From: Candidatus Pacearchaeota archaeon
GTDB taxonomy: Archaea > Nanobdellota > Nanobdellia > Pacearchaeales > GW2011-AR1
Length of the DNA stretch: 64,000 nt
Direction: 5' to 3'
NCBI GenBank assembly: GCA_041659265.1
Contig: JBAZYP010000001.1
Coordinates: forward strand, 192,817 to 256,816
Below the pieces are notes generated by a model. The model did not search any database. It had not been told where the DNA came from and saw nothing but the letters and a program-made list of their open reading frames with translations. Below are positions 10,701-19,949 of the stretch, piece after piece (position 1 is the first letter of the stretch; each line of letters starts with the position of its first letter). The translations under genes and the position numbers were made by a program.

Positions 10701-11136
10701 TATTCAAAGTAATTCAAGAGTTGATGATAGATTGTATATTGGTCTTGGGGGATGGGGTGCTGGATATGTAGAACCCTTTTTCCAAGTAGCAGATGGAAAT
10801 CCTAGACATTTATATTCAAATATTAATAATATTAATGGAACACCTTATATTATGCCATTAGGAATCTGGGTAAATTTTGAATGGTTTGTTAAAATCTCTA
10901 ATGAGACAAATAAAAAAGGTATTCTTTATGGTTGGGTAAACAATGAATTACTTTGGAATTATACAGATATTGCAACTATTGAATCTGGAGAGTATGTTCA
11001 AATGATGATTAATCCTACATTTAATCCTCCAACATATGGTGAAAGAGATGATAATTTATCAGAAGTTCCTCAGAATTTTACTCAAAGAAGATATTGGGAT
11101 AATTTTTATTTTGGAAGTCAAAGAAGAGTAGGATAA
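7744..11136 (+). CDS. Paralogous surface protein: shared N-terminal cassette, one beta-helix module and a distinct C-terminal domain
   Basis: The first ~225 aa are near-identical to the 3547 product. The same Cys knot and beta-helix motifs are present (RCYLHS, IDSYLSNF, GNIFENNW). After a second Cys knot comes an unrelated W/G-rich ~290-aa domain. Confidence 0.8.
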   Translation: MVEIPIINIEVPKPENLVWGENYSEKKDKNKIYKILAYLAVIAALIIFFRFALLAYLYIANLPKINSYDANIERIALTDDGKQAFIKLTGGNQKEIESIKFIFRTNESEYIYETKDGIKEITYEDKRLLSYFAHPEYEGSYDYTIKALDVGLDSFKRIIKVEVLIKYKDEKSGEIKETKIVDSTKKSDINVVRSGGYGGGGGGSGGSGGSGGTSGNEPITTCNPTKTCLNYANLCGSRMSDGCNNILDCSANCKSGEKCLSGSCVSNEIELPETFEVPYILPAGGKTWYINDSGNINTNGVNFQNALVNASLGDVIVLQAGVTYYGNFRLPNKTGNGWLYIISSELGNLQEGNRVDSKDSIHMPKISAYPDGTNCYTAMINEWGAHNYRFSGIEFVTDGCVYNLILLGYHYFRLNEPIWNITGPGHVADTIEKLPYNITFDRCYLHSTNESAKSRTGIMLDGRYMAVIDSYLSNFKDRSDSQAINVYSGPGPYKIVNNYLESTGENFMSGGTDPNILNSVPSDFEIIGNYFYKPDKWNSNSPEYKNISWCIKNLFELKNAQRLIVSGNIFENNWGICGGQRATAIVITPRNQNGMANWSVVQDLIFTNNIIRNFGYAMRVLSNDDLHKSEITKRIEINNNIFDVINHNYYTGYGIGFSSPYNNTPSYNVVVKNNIFLHNYTGGSFMYVGFDPLKITHYSVLDNFTYENNIATHANYGLFGDNIGTGNDAINHYVDNYIFRRNLLINRPIDRTYSYWITHFSSSYPPDNLMVHNISEVGFMDYNNQNYRLLSISPGKNNGTDGKDIGPNYDTIDEATRCTLDGQCYMQCFPNCSGKACGNDGCSGSCGVCNNGESCIDYNCEINSSNSDKIWFFDSFEGMLPKAWNSSIWGEAWDNDSVINVNSEIDSLGNSIGAALSGGNQSYRQWWNGQNDIGSWSTAGGLYSDFSRITQMPDKLGENDTFYLSYHIKYDPQFFWGDTTGLKQIIIQSNSRVDDRLYIGLGGWGAGYVEPFFQVADGNPRHLYSNINNINGTPYIMPLGIWVNFEWFVKISNETNKKGILYGWVNNELLWNYTDIATIESGEYVQMMINPTFNPPTYGERDDNLSEVPQNFTQRRYWDNFYFGSQRRVG

Positions 11137-11206
11137 ATAATAATTATTTTCATAACATTAATTTTATTAATCTAGGTTTATTTTTAATATTGAGGTAAAG
11201 CTTCAT

Positions 11207-12226
11207 ATGGGTTTACAAATAGGTGAAATTATACCAAGAAAAGAACTTGAATTTAAGGATTTAAAAGGAAAAACTATTGCAGTAGATGCATTTAATGCAA
11301 TATATCAATTCCTCACTACTATTAGGCAACCTGATGGAACTCCTTTAAAAGATTCTAAGGGTAATATTACTAGTCATATCTCCGGGTTATTTTATAGGAA
11401 TATGAGTCTTATTCTTGAAGGAGTTAAACTTGTTTATGTTTTTGATGGAGAAGCTCCTGAGTTAAAAAATAGAACGAGGGAGATAAGAAAAGAAGCTAAA
11501 GAGAAGTATGAAGAGAAATATGAAGAAGCAAAAGCTGATGAAGATGTTGAAGGAATGGGAAAATATGCTAGAGCGTTTGTTAGTTTAGATAAGCAGAAGA
11601 TTGAGGAATCTAAAGAATTATTGCATGCAATGGGTATAGCAATTGTTCAAGCGCCTGGTGAAGGTGAAGCTCAAGCAAGTTATATGGCTTCACAAGGATT
11701 AGTATATGCTGTTTCAAGTCAAGATTATGATTGCTTGATGTTTAAAGCTCCTAGATTAATACAGAATTTAAGTTTAGCTAGAAAAAGAAGGACCCCAACT
11801 GGATTTAAAGAAGTTTATCCGCAAATGATTGAATTAAAAAATGTTTTAGATGAATTAGAATTAACTCAGGAACAATTAATATGCTTAGGGATATTATCTG
11901 GAACAGATTATAATCCTAAAGGTATAAAGGGATTAGGACCTAAAAAATCCTTGAAATTAGTAAAAGAATTTGTTACAAAAGAAGAAATATTTGATTCATT
12001 TAAAAATAATGAGAAGTATAAAATGGATTTTGATTGGGAAGAAATATATCAAGAGATTATTGAACCTAAGGTAGAAAAAGTAATTGATATTGATTTTCCA
12101 AAGATAGATAAAGATAAGATAAAAGAAATATTATTAAGATTTGAATTTAGTGAAGAAAGAATTCAAAGCCAATTAACAAAACTAGATGAAATAAAGAAAA
12201 ATAATCAGCAAAGAACTTTATTTTAA
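11207..12226 (+). CDS. fen: Flap endonuclease 1
   Basis: 'MGLQIGEIIP...GKTIAVDAFNAIYQFL', 'SHISGLFYR', 'VYVFDGEAPELK', 'GEGEAQASYM', 'SQDYDCLMF' are the XPG N/I region motifs of archaeal FEN1. Confidence 0.9.
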   Translation: MGLQIGEIIPRKELEFKDLKGKTIAVDAFNAIYQFLTTIRQPDGTPLKDSKGNITSHISGLFYRNMSLILEGVKLVYVFDGEAPELKNRTREIRKEAKEKYEEKYEEAKADEDVEGMGKYARAFVSLDKQKIEESKELLHAMGIAIVQAPGEGEAQASYMASQGLVYAVSSQDYDCLMFKAPRLIQNLSLARKRRTPTGFKEVYPQMIELKNVLDELELTQEQLICLGILSGTDYNPKGIKGLGPKKSLKLVKEFVTKEEIFDSFKNNEKYKMDFDWEEIYQEIIEPKVEKVIDIDFPKIDKDKIKEILLRFEFSEERIQSQLTKLDEIKKNNQQRTLF

Positions 12227-12243
12227 ATTTTTATAAAAAACCA

Positions 12244-12951
12244 TTATCTTGGATTTTTTAAATTCCTTCTTAATTCATTTTCTCTATTTTCAGTACTTAT
12301 TCTTTCAATATTTTCTCTTCTTCTTTTCTCTTCTTCACTAGCTGAATCTTTTAAATTTTTACCAAGAGATTTCATTATATAATCAATAAGTATTATAATT
12401 ATGATTCCAATTATAAATATTATAGTTCCGATCCAAAAGTTTACTATAGCAAATTTGAGTTCGTTTGCTAATCTATTAAGAATTCCTGACAAACAAACCA
12501 AACTAACTATTATAAATGATAAAATCATTCTAACAAATATATTAAATTTAGAGATAGAATCAATTATATCATATATTAGTTTTAATAAAATTATAAACAG
12601 AAGAAAAATTAGTATAAAATTCCATGACCATGAGAATGGCATTTTAAATAAAAATATCCATACTGGATTTAATAATGAGAAAATTTGTTTTGTGTAGAAT
12701 AATAGCGGACCTATAACAGGTGTTTTTCCTAGAATAATTGACATTTCTTGATTAAAATAGGATTTGTTTTGTTCAATATTTTTAAAACCTTCAAAATTCT
12801 TTTGAAGATCTTCAATTTTTTTAACTTGACCTGTTTCAGGATTAATTGTTGTATCAACTAATTTTTTTGTAGAGTCTACAACTTGTGCATTTAGATTAGA
12901 AAAGAATAATAGTATTATAAAACAAAAAATAAATAATATTTTTTTTATCAT
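12244..12951 (-). CDS. Hypothetical multi-pass membrane protein with signal peptide
   Basis: N-terminal signal ending 'NLNAQ', several hydrophobic helices and a charged C-tail. The architecture resembles the next two genes. Confidence 0.5.
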   Translation of the reverse strand: MIKKILFIFCFIILLFFSNLNAQVVDSTKKLVDTTINPETGQVKKIEDLQKNFEGFKNIEQNKSYFNQEMSIILGKTPVIGPLLFYTKQIFSLLNPVWIFLFKMPFSWSWNFILIFLLFIILLKLIYDIIDSISKFNIFVRMILSFIIVSLVCLSGILNRLANELKFAIVNFWIGTIIFIIGIIIIILIDYIMKSLGKNLKDSASEEEKRRRENIERISTENRENELRRNLKNPR

Positions 12952-12983
12952 ATCTCAAATAAGACGTTATTGGTTTATAATTT

Positions 12984-13757
12984 TTATCTTCCAGAATTTA
13001 CACCATAGGATTTTCTTAATTCGTCTGATTGAAGTTTATGAAGTAATTGTCCTTTTTCTACTATTCGTTTACCTGATTCTTCCATTGCACTATATTCTCC
13101 ATAAAAGATTAGTTTTCTTATTGGGCCAATAAATAAGAACATACAACATCCTGCAATTATTGCTAATATATAGGGTATATATTCTCCTGTTATCCAAATT
13201 TGATACCAAGATAATCCACTATTAATTGAATTGTTGATATTAATACTTAGTTTGTAGAGATATAATCCAAAATAGTACATAGCATAAAATATCCATAATA
13301 CTCTTGCAAATAAAGCATTATGGGCCATTACTGTTAAAGTTAATATAACCATAAATGGAATAATTGTAATAATGGTTGCACCCATCGCCCCATATTGGGT
13401 TATCATTACCTCATATAATTGTGGAGGTATAGCTAACATTGATAATATTGTTACAATCACACATATTATCATATTAATTGCTTTATTTTCTTCACCGAAA
13501 ATACTTGGAATTATTGTCATTAAAACGAAAAAAAGTAATAAACCGAAAAGAGTACGAGTAGCATAATGTTGAGTTCCAAAAAAAATCTCAAAAAATCCTT
13601 GGAATGTTCCTTGAATTCCTCTAGCTGCTGCTTGTGCAATTGGGTCAGATTGAGGATTTGAAGTAGTTTGTGCAAGAATTGATTCGGTAATTATTATAGT
13701 AATAAATATTGTTAAAATAGTAAATAAAATAATCTTACTATAACTCTCTTTTTTCAT
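12984..13757 (-). CDS. Hypothetical multi-pass membrane protein (paralogue family)
   Basis: Signal ending 'ILAQTT'. The core 'VMITQYGAMGATIITIIPFM' aligns with 'ILLPYGAFGAAIIVFLPIL' of the 13850 product. Confidence 0.5.
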   Translation of the reverse strand: MKKESYSKIILFTILTIFITIIITESILAQTTSNPQSDPIAQAAARGIQGTFQGFFEIFFGTQHYATRTLFGLLLFFVLMTIIPSIFGEENKAINMIICVIVTILSMLAIPPQLYEVMITQYGAMGATIITIIPFMVILTLTVMAHNALFARVLWIFYAMYYFGLYLYKLSININNSINSGLSWYQIWITGEYIPYILAIIAGCCMFLFIGPIRKLIFYGEYSAMEESGKRIVEKGQLLHKLQSDELRKSYGVNSGR

Positions 13758-13849
13758 GTTTATTGAAATGATTTTTTATTTATAAATGTTTCTTTAGAAA
13801 AAGTTCTATACTTACAAATATTTTTAAACTCTATATCACTTTTTATAAT

Positions 13850-14620
13850 ATGAAAAAAGAGATGGTTGTAATCTTAATTTTGTTTGTTAGCATATTTTTA
13901 ATTACAATAATAAGTGCTCAAACCGGGATTATTCCTGATAATAATATAGAAAGATTTTTTGATTGGGGTAGATCTTCATTTGGAACAATCTTTGCAGCTT
14001 TATTTGGTTCAGATGTTAGTGATGCTTTTTTATTCTCAAAAGTTTTGGTGTTTTTTTTGATTTTAGCTGTATCAGCAATGTCATTAAGAAGTATGGGTAT
14101 TTTTGATGTTAATAGGGGCGCGTTATTACTTGTTTCAGTAGTTGTTTCATTACTAGCTGTACGAAGTATGGGTCAAAATAAATTGTTTGAAGGAATTTTA
14201 TTACCTTATGGCGCATTTGGCGCAGCAATAATAGTATTTCTTCCAATCTTGATATATTTTGCATTTGTTCATACTAATGTTCCTGGGGGATTTTGGAGAA
14301 GAATGGCTTGGTTTGCTTATGGATTTATTTTCTTAATATTATTTATAACTCGATGGTATAGTGGAGATTTAGAATGGACAGTAAGAACTATTTATTTGGG
14401 AGGAATAGTTGCAATCGTATTTAGTATTATTTTTGATAGGGATATGCATAAATATTTTCAATTAGCAGATTATGATAGGGCTGCTGAAAATCTTGAAAGA
14501 AGAGCAAAACTAATGAATTTAGAAGATTTAGATAGGGCATTAAAACACGGAACTAGAGAAGATATAAGGCATACAAGGAAAAATGCTCATAATGTTTTTA
14601 GTCATGGTGGGGGAATTTAA
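13850..14620 (+). CDS. Hypothetical multi-pass membrane protein (paralogue family)
   Basis: Signal ending 'ISAQTG' and the same helix pattern as the 12984 product. It is transcribed divergently from that gene. Confidence 0.5.
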   Translation: MKKEMVVILILFVSIFLITIISAQTGIIPDNNIERFFDWGRSSFGTIFAALFGSDVSDAFLFSKVLVFFLILAVSAMSLRSMGIFDVNRGALLLVSVVVSLLAVRSMGQNKLFEGILLPYGAFGAAIIVFLPILIYFAFVHTNVPGGFWRRMAWFAYGFIFLILFITRWYSGDLEWTVRTIYLGGIVAIVFSIIFDRDMHKYFQLADYDRAAENLERRAKLMNLEDLDRALKHGTREDIRHTRKNAHNVFSHGGGI

Positions 14621-14758
14621 ACCTTAGCAAAAAATATTATATATTTTTTAGCTAGATAAAAATACTAATTTAATTGAAGTTAATTCATTTAAATTAGCTT
14701 ATTCTAAAGTATTAAACTATCGTTGAAAGATATAATAATATTAGATAAAAATACTAAT

Positions 14759-15538
14759 TTAATTTAGTAATTTAATTTCAATTCTAAATCTATGTTTAAA
14801 TGGAGCTATTTCTCCAGCTGGAACTATATCAACTATTTCTAGTTTTCTTTTGTGTTTATTAGCTTCTTCACCAAGTTGCTTAATTAAAAGATTAATTTCT
14901 GAATCTTTGCAAAATCCATAGTAATATAGTTTTGTTCCTTTTTTAGATGCTGCAAGTCCATATTCTAAAAAGGTATCTTTAAGATTTGGTCTAGCCATTA
15001 TCACCACATCAAATTTTCCTAATTGGGAATTTATTTTCTTTTTAACATCTCCTTGTATAATATCTATTTTTCCTTCGGGAATTCTATTTAATTTTAAATT
15101 TTCTTTAAAATATTTACAACATTCTCTTCCTAATTCTATGCCAACTATTTTCATAGGTCTTTTGTATTTGTAAATAACAATTGGATAGACCCCTATTCCT
15201 GCAAACATAACAAGGACTTTATCATTCATAGTTATTTTTTCAGAAATTCTTTGCCTTTCATTAGATAATCTAGGTGAAAAATAACATGACTCAACATTGA
15301 ATTTAAATGTACAAGCGTTTTCTTTGTGCAATGCAATTTTATTTTTTATGCCAAGAATATGTTTAGTTTTTATGGTTCTTAATCTTCCTTTAACATTTGT
15401 AGCTTTTTCTAAAACAGTTTTTATATGAGGTTTAGATAGTAATAATTTAGCTTCGGCTATCTTTTGTTTTTTTGTTTTACCTTCGCTTTTTATTATTGCA
15501 ATATCGCCTAATATATCATAGTCTGCCATTTTATTCAT
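14759..15538 (-). CDS. trm5: Trm5/Taw2-type (Met-10+-like) tRNA methyltransferase
   Basis: 'DILGDIAII', 'FKFNVESCYFSPRLSNERQRI', the SAM-binding 'VLVMFAGIGVYPI' and 'DVVIMARPN'. It is short and seems to lack the D1 domain. Confidence 0.65.
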   Translation of the reverse strand: MNKMADYDILGDIAIIKSEGKTKKQKIAEAKLLLSKPHIKTVLEKATNVKGRLRTIKTKHILGIKNKIALHKENACTFKFNVESCYFSPRLSNERQRISEKITMNDKVLVMFAGIGVYPIVIYKYKRPMKIVGIELGRECCKYFKENLKLNRIPEGKIDIIQGDVKKKINSQLGKFDVVIMARPNLKDTFLEYGLAASKKGTKLYYYGFCKDSEINLLIKQLGEEANKHKRKLEIVDIVPAGEIAPFKHRFRIEIKLLN

Positions 15539-15658
15539 TTAAAATGGTAGGGAGAGAAAATTTTATTTTTCGAATCTACCATTATATTATTCTATTATAT
15601 ATATTATTAAGAAAGATATTTAAATCTAGTTATCTTATTTATTAAAATAGGAAAAAAG

Positions 15659-15922
15659 ATGGTAGGTGTAAAATTTTTTGGTTATTTAGCAGCTGGAATT
15701 GGCCTTGTAGGTTTAGCATTATCTTCAAAAAAGATGATGGATTTAATTCCCTTTTTAAAGAGTGTAAGTCCTGCAGTTATACTTGTACCAAGTTTAATTT
15801 TGGTTGGAGTTGGTATTATTTTATTATTAGGTGATGGAAAATCTGGCGCAAAATCCAAATTAGGTACTGAAGTTCCTATTTATAAGGGAAAGGAAATAGT
15901 TGGATACAGGGTTTTGAAATAA
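15659..15922 (+). CDS. Small two-TM membrane protein
   Basis: An 87-aa ORF with two hydrophobic helices. The start context 'GAAAAAAGATGGT' matches other genes in the window. Confidence 0.4.
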   Translation: MVGVKFFGYLAAGIGLVGLALSSKKMMDLIPFLKSVSPAVILVPSLILVGVGIILLLGDGKSGAKSKLGTEVPIYKGKEIVGYRVLK

Positions 15923-16008
15923 TTTTTTTAAGAATTTATTATAAAATAGTTATAATATTCTAATATATATTTTAGAAAATATTCATTTAATTTCTATATA
16001 TTTTATAA

Positions 16009-16596
16009 ATGGATTTTTTATTTAAAATAGCTATAATGGATATAAGAATAGATAGATTAGTTCATTTTGAACAACCAGAACTATCTGATACAGAAGAAAT
16101 TCAATCAATAATTTTTAGATGTTTTAATAAGTTTGTTGGTAAGTTTTATGATTTACCTGTTTTAGATGGTTTAAAATCAATTTATTCGCTTTCGAATATA
16201 AAACATTTAATGGATGATCCGAATTATGAGGTCTGGGTTGCTAGGAGACTCAATCAAATGAATTGGGTTTTTGCATTAAAAGATTCTCCTGAAGAGGATG
16301 GAATTGAATTAAAAATGTTTTATGGAACCTCTCCTTATTCATGTAAAAAATCATTATATTTAGCTAAAGATAGGGTCTTAGAAAAAAATCGGTCTTATTT
16401 ATTTGGAGATGTTTTAGAATCTGCATGGCATACTTTTTCTAAATGTGGTTGTGTTGGTGATCTTAAGGTTAGTGAAGAATATATAAGAACTGAAACAAAT
16501 CAAAAATCTTTTGAAGAATTTGACATTCGGGTAAGGAATTTTAGATTTAAACCTTTAGAAGTTTTATTATATGAAAATTCATTTGAAACAGATTAG
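16009..16596 (+). CDS. Hypothetical protein
   Basis: A 195-aa ORF with no recognised motif. Confidence 0.4.
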   Translation: MDFLFKIAIMDIRIDRLVHFEQPELSDTEEIQSIIFRCFNKFVGKFYDLPVLDGLKSIYSLSNIKHLMDDPNYEVWVARRLNQMNWVFALKDSPEEDGIELKMFYGTSPYSCKKSLYLAKDRVLEKNRSYLFGDVLESAWHTFSKCGCVGDLKVSEEYIRTETNQKSFEEFDIRVRNFRFKPLEVLLYENSFETD

Positions 16597-16631
16597 GAAA
16601 AGAAATATTTTGATTTTATTTTAAATAAGTT

Positions 16632-18338
16632 TTATCTTCCTCCTCCGCCTCCACCACCCATTCCTCCTGAACCAGACCCACTAAATCCCCCTGAACTATG
16701 GCTTGAATGAGAGGCTCTTGAACTTACTGCAAAATTTGTTATGGAGGTATTCATGTTAGAGAAAGTTTTCATTGTTTTTATATCAATTATACCTTGATTA
16801 TTTAATTCTTTTAAGACTTGTTTAGCTACACCTAATGCTGAACCATATACTAGATATTCTTCCCAAAGGATTACTCCTTTATGAGATGATTTTTTTATTG
16901 TTAATGAATAACTTAACCATTTTTTAAAAGATTGCCATTTTTTATATTCAATATAATAATCTTCATTATATCTTATTAAAAATGGATTTTTATAGGAAAA
17001 TAATGCTACAAGAATTATTGAAAATATAGATAATATTAATAAAGGGATTAAAAAAGTAACAAAAGAAAAAATTGTTAATAAAACCATCCATCCAAAAAAA
17101 CCATCTGAACCTTTTTTATTTATATATTTTTTTGATTCTTTTTTTATTAAATCTTTTAATTCATCAAATAAGTCACTTATTTCTTTTTTTTCTGAATAAC
17201 TTCTTGAAGGACTATTAATATCAAAATAATTATCAGAAGAAATTGATTTATCTGATTCTTTTAATTTTTTTAAAATTTTATAAAATTTTTTTTCTATTTG
17301 ATCAAGATTAGAGGGTTCATTATTCAACTTAACTAAAAATTTGTCCTTTAAGATTTTATCAATAATTTTTATATCTATAATTTTTCTTCTATAGAAATCA
17401 AAAATCATTGTTGAAAAAAAATTATTATTAATATCTCCAAAGGGGTGATTGAAAAAAGCAGCAACTTCCCAAGGTTTTCTTTTTACAGGATAATCAGATA
17501 GTTGATCTGGAATATCTGTTTCATAATTTTCTTTACCGTATTTTTTCCAAAAATATATCAATAAAATAAATGGAATTAAATGTAAAAGAAAAACAATTAA
17601 TGAAATTAGGATGGCTATAAAAATTCTTTTTTTACTTAATTCATCAAATTCGAAATCATCTTGGATTATTATTTCCAGATTAGAAGTATTTCCTTCATAA
17701 GGAATATAAATAATTACATAATCTTTTGAATTGTAATTTGAAATTGAAATATGTTCTCCTTTAATAAAAAGCGTTGAATCTTTGTTTAAATCTACATGCC
17801 TATTTTTTGCATAAGGAATAAATTTAATATAATTTTTATTTTTAATATTAAAGATTGTTTTTGGGTTTAAACGATAGGTTGATTCAATAATATAAGTATT
17901 ATCTGGAAAAAATCCAAAATCATTTCCAAAAGTGCAACCATATTCATTATTTTCAGTATAATCAAAACAAATATTTTTTTTAGAAAAATCAGGTTCACTA
18001 TAGCAATAATCTTCTGTTTTAAAGTAGGATTTTCCGGTTTTACAACTAACATTTAAAATTGAGATTGTATCTTTATCAAAATTATCTTTTGAATAAATAT
18101 TAGTTTCAAAATCTCTAAAGAGGGTATGATAATCTTCATCAGGATTGAAATATAATTTTTCATTAATGATTGCTCCATTAATATCTAAATGGGCTGAATA
18201 AAAATTAAACTCATTATAATTATTTGATATTTTTCCGGTTATAATCGAATAAACAAAATTTATGGAAAGAGTTCCTAATAAAATTCCTGCTAATATTAGA
18301 ATTATTGAAATTATAATTAATTTATTTATCTCTTTCAT
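16632..18338 (-). CDS. DUF2207-like membrane protein
   Basis: N-terminal TM helix, a large ecto-domain, central TM helices and the characteristic C-terminal 'SSGGFSGSGSGGMGGGGGGGR' tail. Confidence 0.6.
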   Translation of the reverse strand: MKEINKLIIISIILILAGILLGTLSINFVYSIITGKISNNYNEFNFYSAHLDINGAIINEKLYFNPDEDYHTLFRDFETNIYSKDNFDKDTISILNVSCKTGKSYFKTEDYCYSEPDFSKKNICFDYTENNEYGCTFGNDFGFFPDNTYIIESTYRLNPKTIFNIKNKNYIKFIPYAKNRHVDLNKDSTLFIKGEHISISNYNSKDYVIIYIPYEGNTSNLEIIIQDDFEFDELSKKRIFIAILISLIVFLLHLIPFILLIYFWKKYGKENYETDIPDQLSDYPVKRKPWEVAAFFNHPFGDINNNFFSTMIFDFYRRKIIDIKIIDKILKDKFLVKLNNEPSNLDQIEKKFYKILKKLKESDKSISSDNYFDINSPSRSYSEKKEISDLFDELKDLIKKESKKYINKKGSDGFFGWMVLLTIFSFVTFLIPLLILSIFSIILVALFSYKNPFLIRYNEDYYIEYKKWQSFKKWLSYSLTIKKSSHKGVILWEEYLVYGSALGVAKQVLKELNNQGIIDIKTMKTFSNMNTSITNFAVSSRASHSSHSSGGFSGSGSGGMGGGGGGGR

Positions 18339-18389
18339 TATTATATTTATAAAATCTAGTTTAAATATTTGTTTGATTATGGTTAAATT

Positions 18390-18686
18390 ATGAAAAAAAA
18401 CTTTAGTGAAAGATGCTATGAAGTATTGAAAAAAGTACCCAAAGGAAAAGTTGTAACTTATAAATGGATTGCTGAAAAATTAGGTTCGAAAGCTTTTAGA
18501 GCGGTAGGAAATTCCATGAATAAAAATCCCAATATCCTAGAAGTACCTTGTCATAGGGTTGTTAAATCTGATGGAAGAGTTGGAGGATATGCTAAAGGAA
18601 TAAAAGAAAAAATAAAGATGCTAGAAAAAGAAGGTGTAATTATTGTTAATGGAAAAATTGATTTGAAGAAATATTGCTTAAAGTAG
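18390..18686 (+). CDS. ogt: Methylated-DNA-protein-cysteine methyltransferase (DNA-binding/active-site domain only)
   Basis: Active-site 'VPCHRVV' preceded by 'TYKWIAEKLG..AFRAVGNSMNKNP'. Confidence 0.75.
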   Translation: MKKNFSERCYEVLKKVPKGKVVTYKWIAEKLGSKAFRAVGNSMNKNPNILEVPCHRVVKSDGRVGGYAKGIKEKIKMLEKEGVIIVNGKIDLKKYCLK

Positions 18687-18722
18687 CTATATAATTAAAA
18701 ATGGCTTTTTTATCTTAAATTA

Positions 18723-19094
18723 ATGAGTTTAGAATTGGTTATTGAAAAGAAAGAAGAAAGTGAAAAAAGATTTCTTAATGTTTGGGTTAATCCTACTAAT
18801 AAATTGATTAGAATTGAAAATAATGAATTTAATACAGGTAGATATCTTACATTATATTCTAATGAAATAAATTCTCAAAATCCTTTATTAGTTTTTAATT
18901 ATCTAAAGAAATATTCTATAGATGGTTTATATTTAGCTAAATTAATTGAAGATGATGATTCTTTATTTGTTGAAAAACGTGAAAATTTAACACAAGGAAA
19001 TATTTTTTATTTGGAATTATATTTTCCAAAATCAAGTCTAATTACTTTAACTAATAATTCACTTTATTTTGGGTTATTATCTAGAAAGGGCTAA
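18723..19094 (+). CDS. Hypothetical protein
   Basis: A 123-aa ORF whose 3' end overlaps the convergent 19077-19907 gene by 18 nt. Confidence 0.35.
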   Translation: MSLELVIEKKEESEKRFLNVWVNPTNKLIRIENNEFNTGRYLTLYSNEINSQNPLLVFNYLKKYSIDGLYLAKLIEDDDSLFVEKRENLTQGNIFYLELYFPKSSLITLTNNSLYFGLLSRKG

Positions 19095-19907
19095 ATTTTG
19101 TTTAATTTTTTCTCTAACAATTTCTTCATCTTCTGGGTTAGTTACGCCCAACCAATCTTCTTCAGATTTATAGAGTTTTATTTTAATTTTATTTTCTTTT
19201 ATTAAATTTGATAATTCATTAGGTAAAAGAAATTCTATTTTTCTATCTCCTTTATTATTTATTTTGAATTCTTGAAGTTTTTTTTCAATTAAATCTATAG
19301 TTTTTGGATGAAGAGCAAATATATTCATACTGCATAAATCATCTTTAGATAATCCTCTTTTATCAATTTCAGATTTTTCAATATTTAATGTTTCAATTAA
19401 TTCTAAAACATTATTTTTATCATCAACTTTGAAAATTGCTCTATGTGTTTTTCCTGTATCTGGAATTACATCATATAATCTAAAACCGAGTGTTGCTTCT
19501 TCTTTACTTTCTTGAAGATGTTCATATAATTTTTTATAAGATTTTTCTCCATAAATATCATCTCCATTGCAAATAACAAAGGGAGTATCTAAAAATTCTT
19601 TTGCAGAACAAAGGGCGTCTCCTGTTCCCCATGGTCCGTCTCTAGAATCTGTATCAAATGTTTGAAGAGCATATTTAATTGGGATTCCTTGGTAATTATC
19701 TTTAAATTTTTCTTTTATTGAATCTTTTGTAGCATTACCAACAATAAGAACAATTTTAGAAAATCCAGATTTTAAAGCTTGATCTAAAGAATATTCAAGC
19801 AATGTTTCATTTGATGGACCAATTTTAGCAAGAGCTTTAATTTTTCCATTAAATCTTTTTGACATCCCTGCAACCATATAACAAAGGGTTATATCTTTAT
19901 TATCCAT
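19077..19907 (-). CDS. Sugar-phosphate nucleotidyltransferase family protein
   Basis: N-terminal 'CYMVAGMSKRFNGKIK' (G-x-G-x-R-like), then 'GPWGTGDAL' and 'ICNGDDIY'. Confidence 0.6.
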   Translation of the reverse strand: MDNKDITLCYMVAGMSKRFNGKIKALAKIGPSNETLLEYSLDQALKSGFSKIVLIVGNATKDSIKEKFKDNYQGIPIKYALQTFDTDSRDGPWGTGDALCSAKEFLDTPFVICNGDDIYGEKSYKKLYEHLQESKEEATLGFRLYDVIPDTGKTHRAIFKVDDKNNVLELIETLNIEKSEIDKRGLSKDDLCSMNIFALHPKTIDLIEKKLQEFKINNKGDRKIEFLLPNELSNLIKENKIKIKLYKSEEDWLGVTNPEDEEIVREKIKQNLALSR

Positions 19908-19949
19908 TTTAGAAAATATGATTAATTAGTATATAAAATTAATCAATAT

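Noticed and set aside
12401-13566. Plus-strand ORFs 12401-12697 and 13372-13566. Similar cases are 42735-42986, 47542-47739, 48947-49129, 51737-52018, 56094-56327, 17867-18052, 28170-28373, 54219-54446, 5918-6100 and 2870-3064.
   Set aside because: Each is nested in, or antisense to, a longer ORF with better start context or motifs. The products are I/L/F/N-rich, as expected from non-coding frames of AT-rich DNA.
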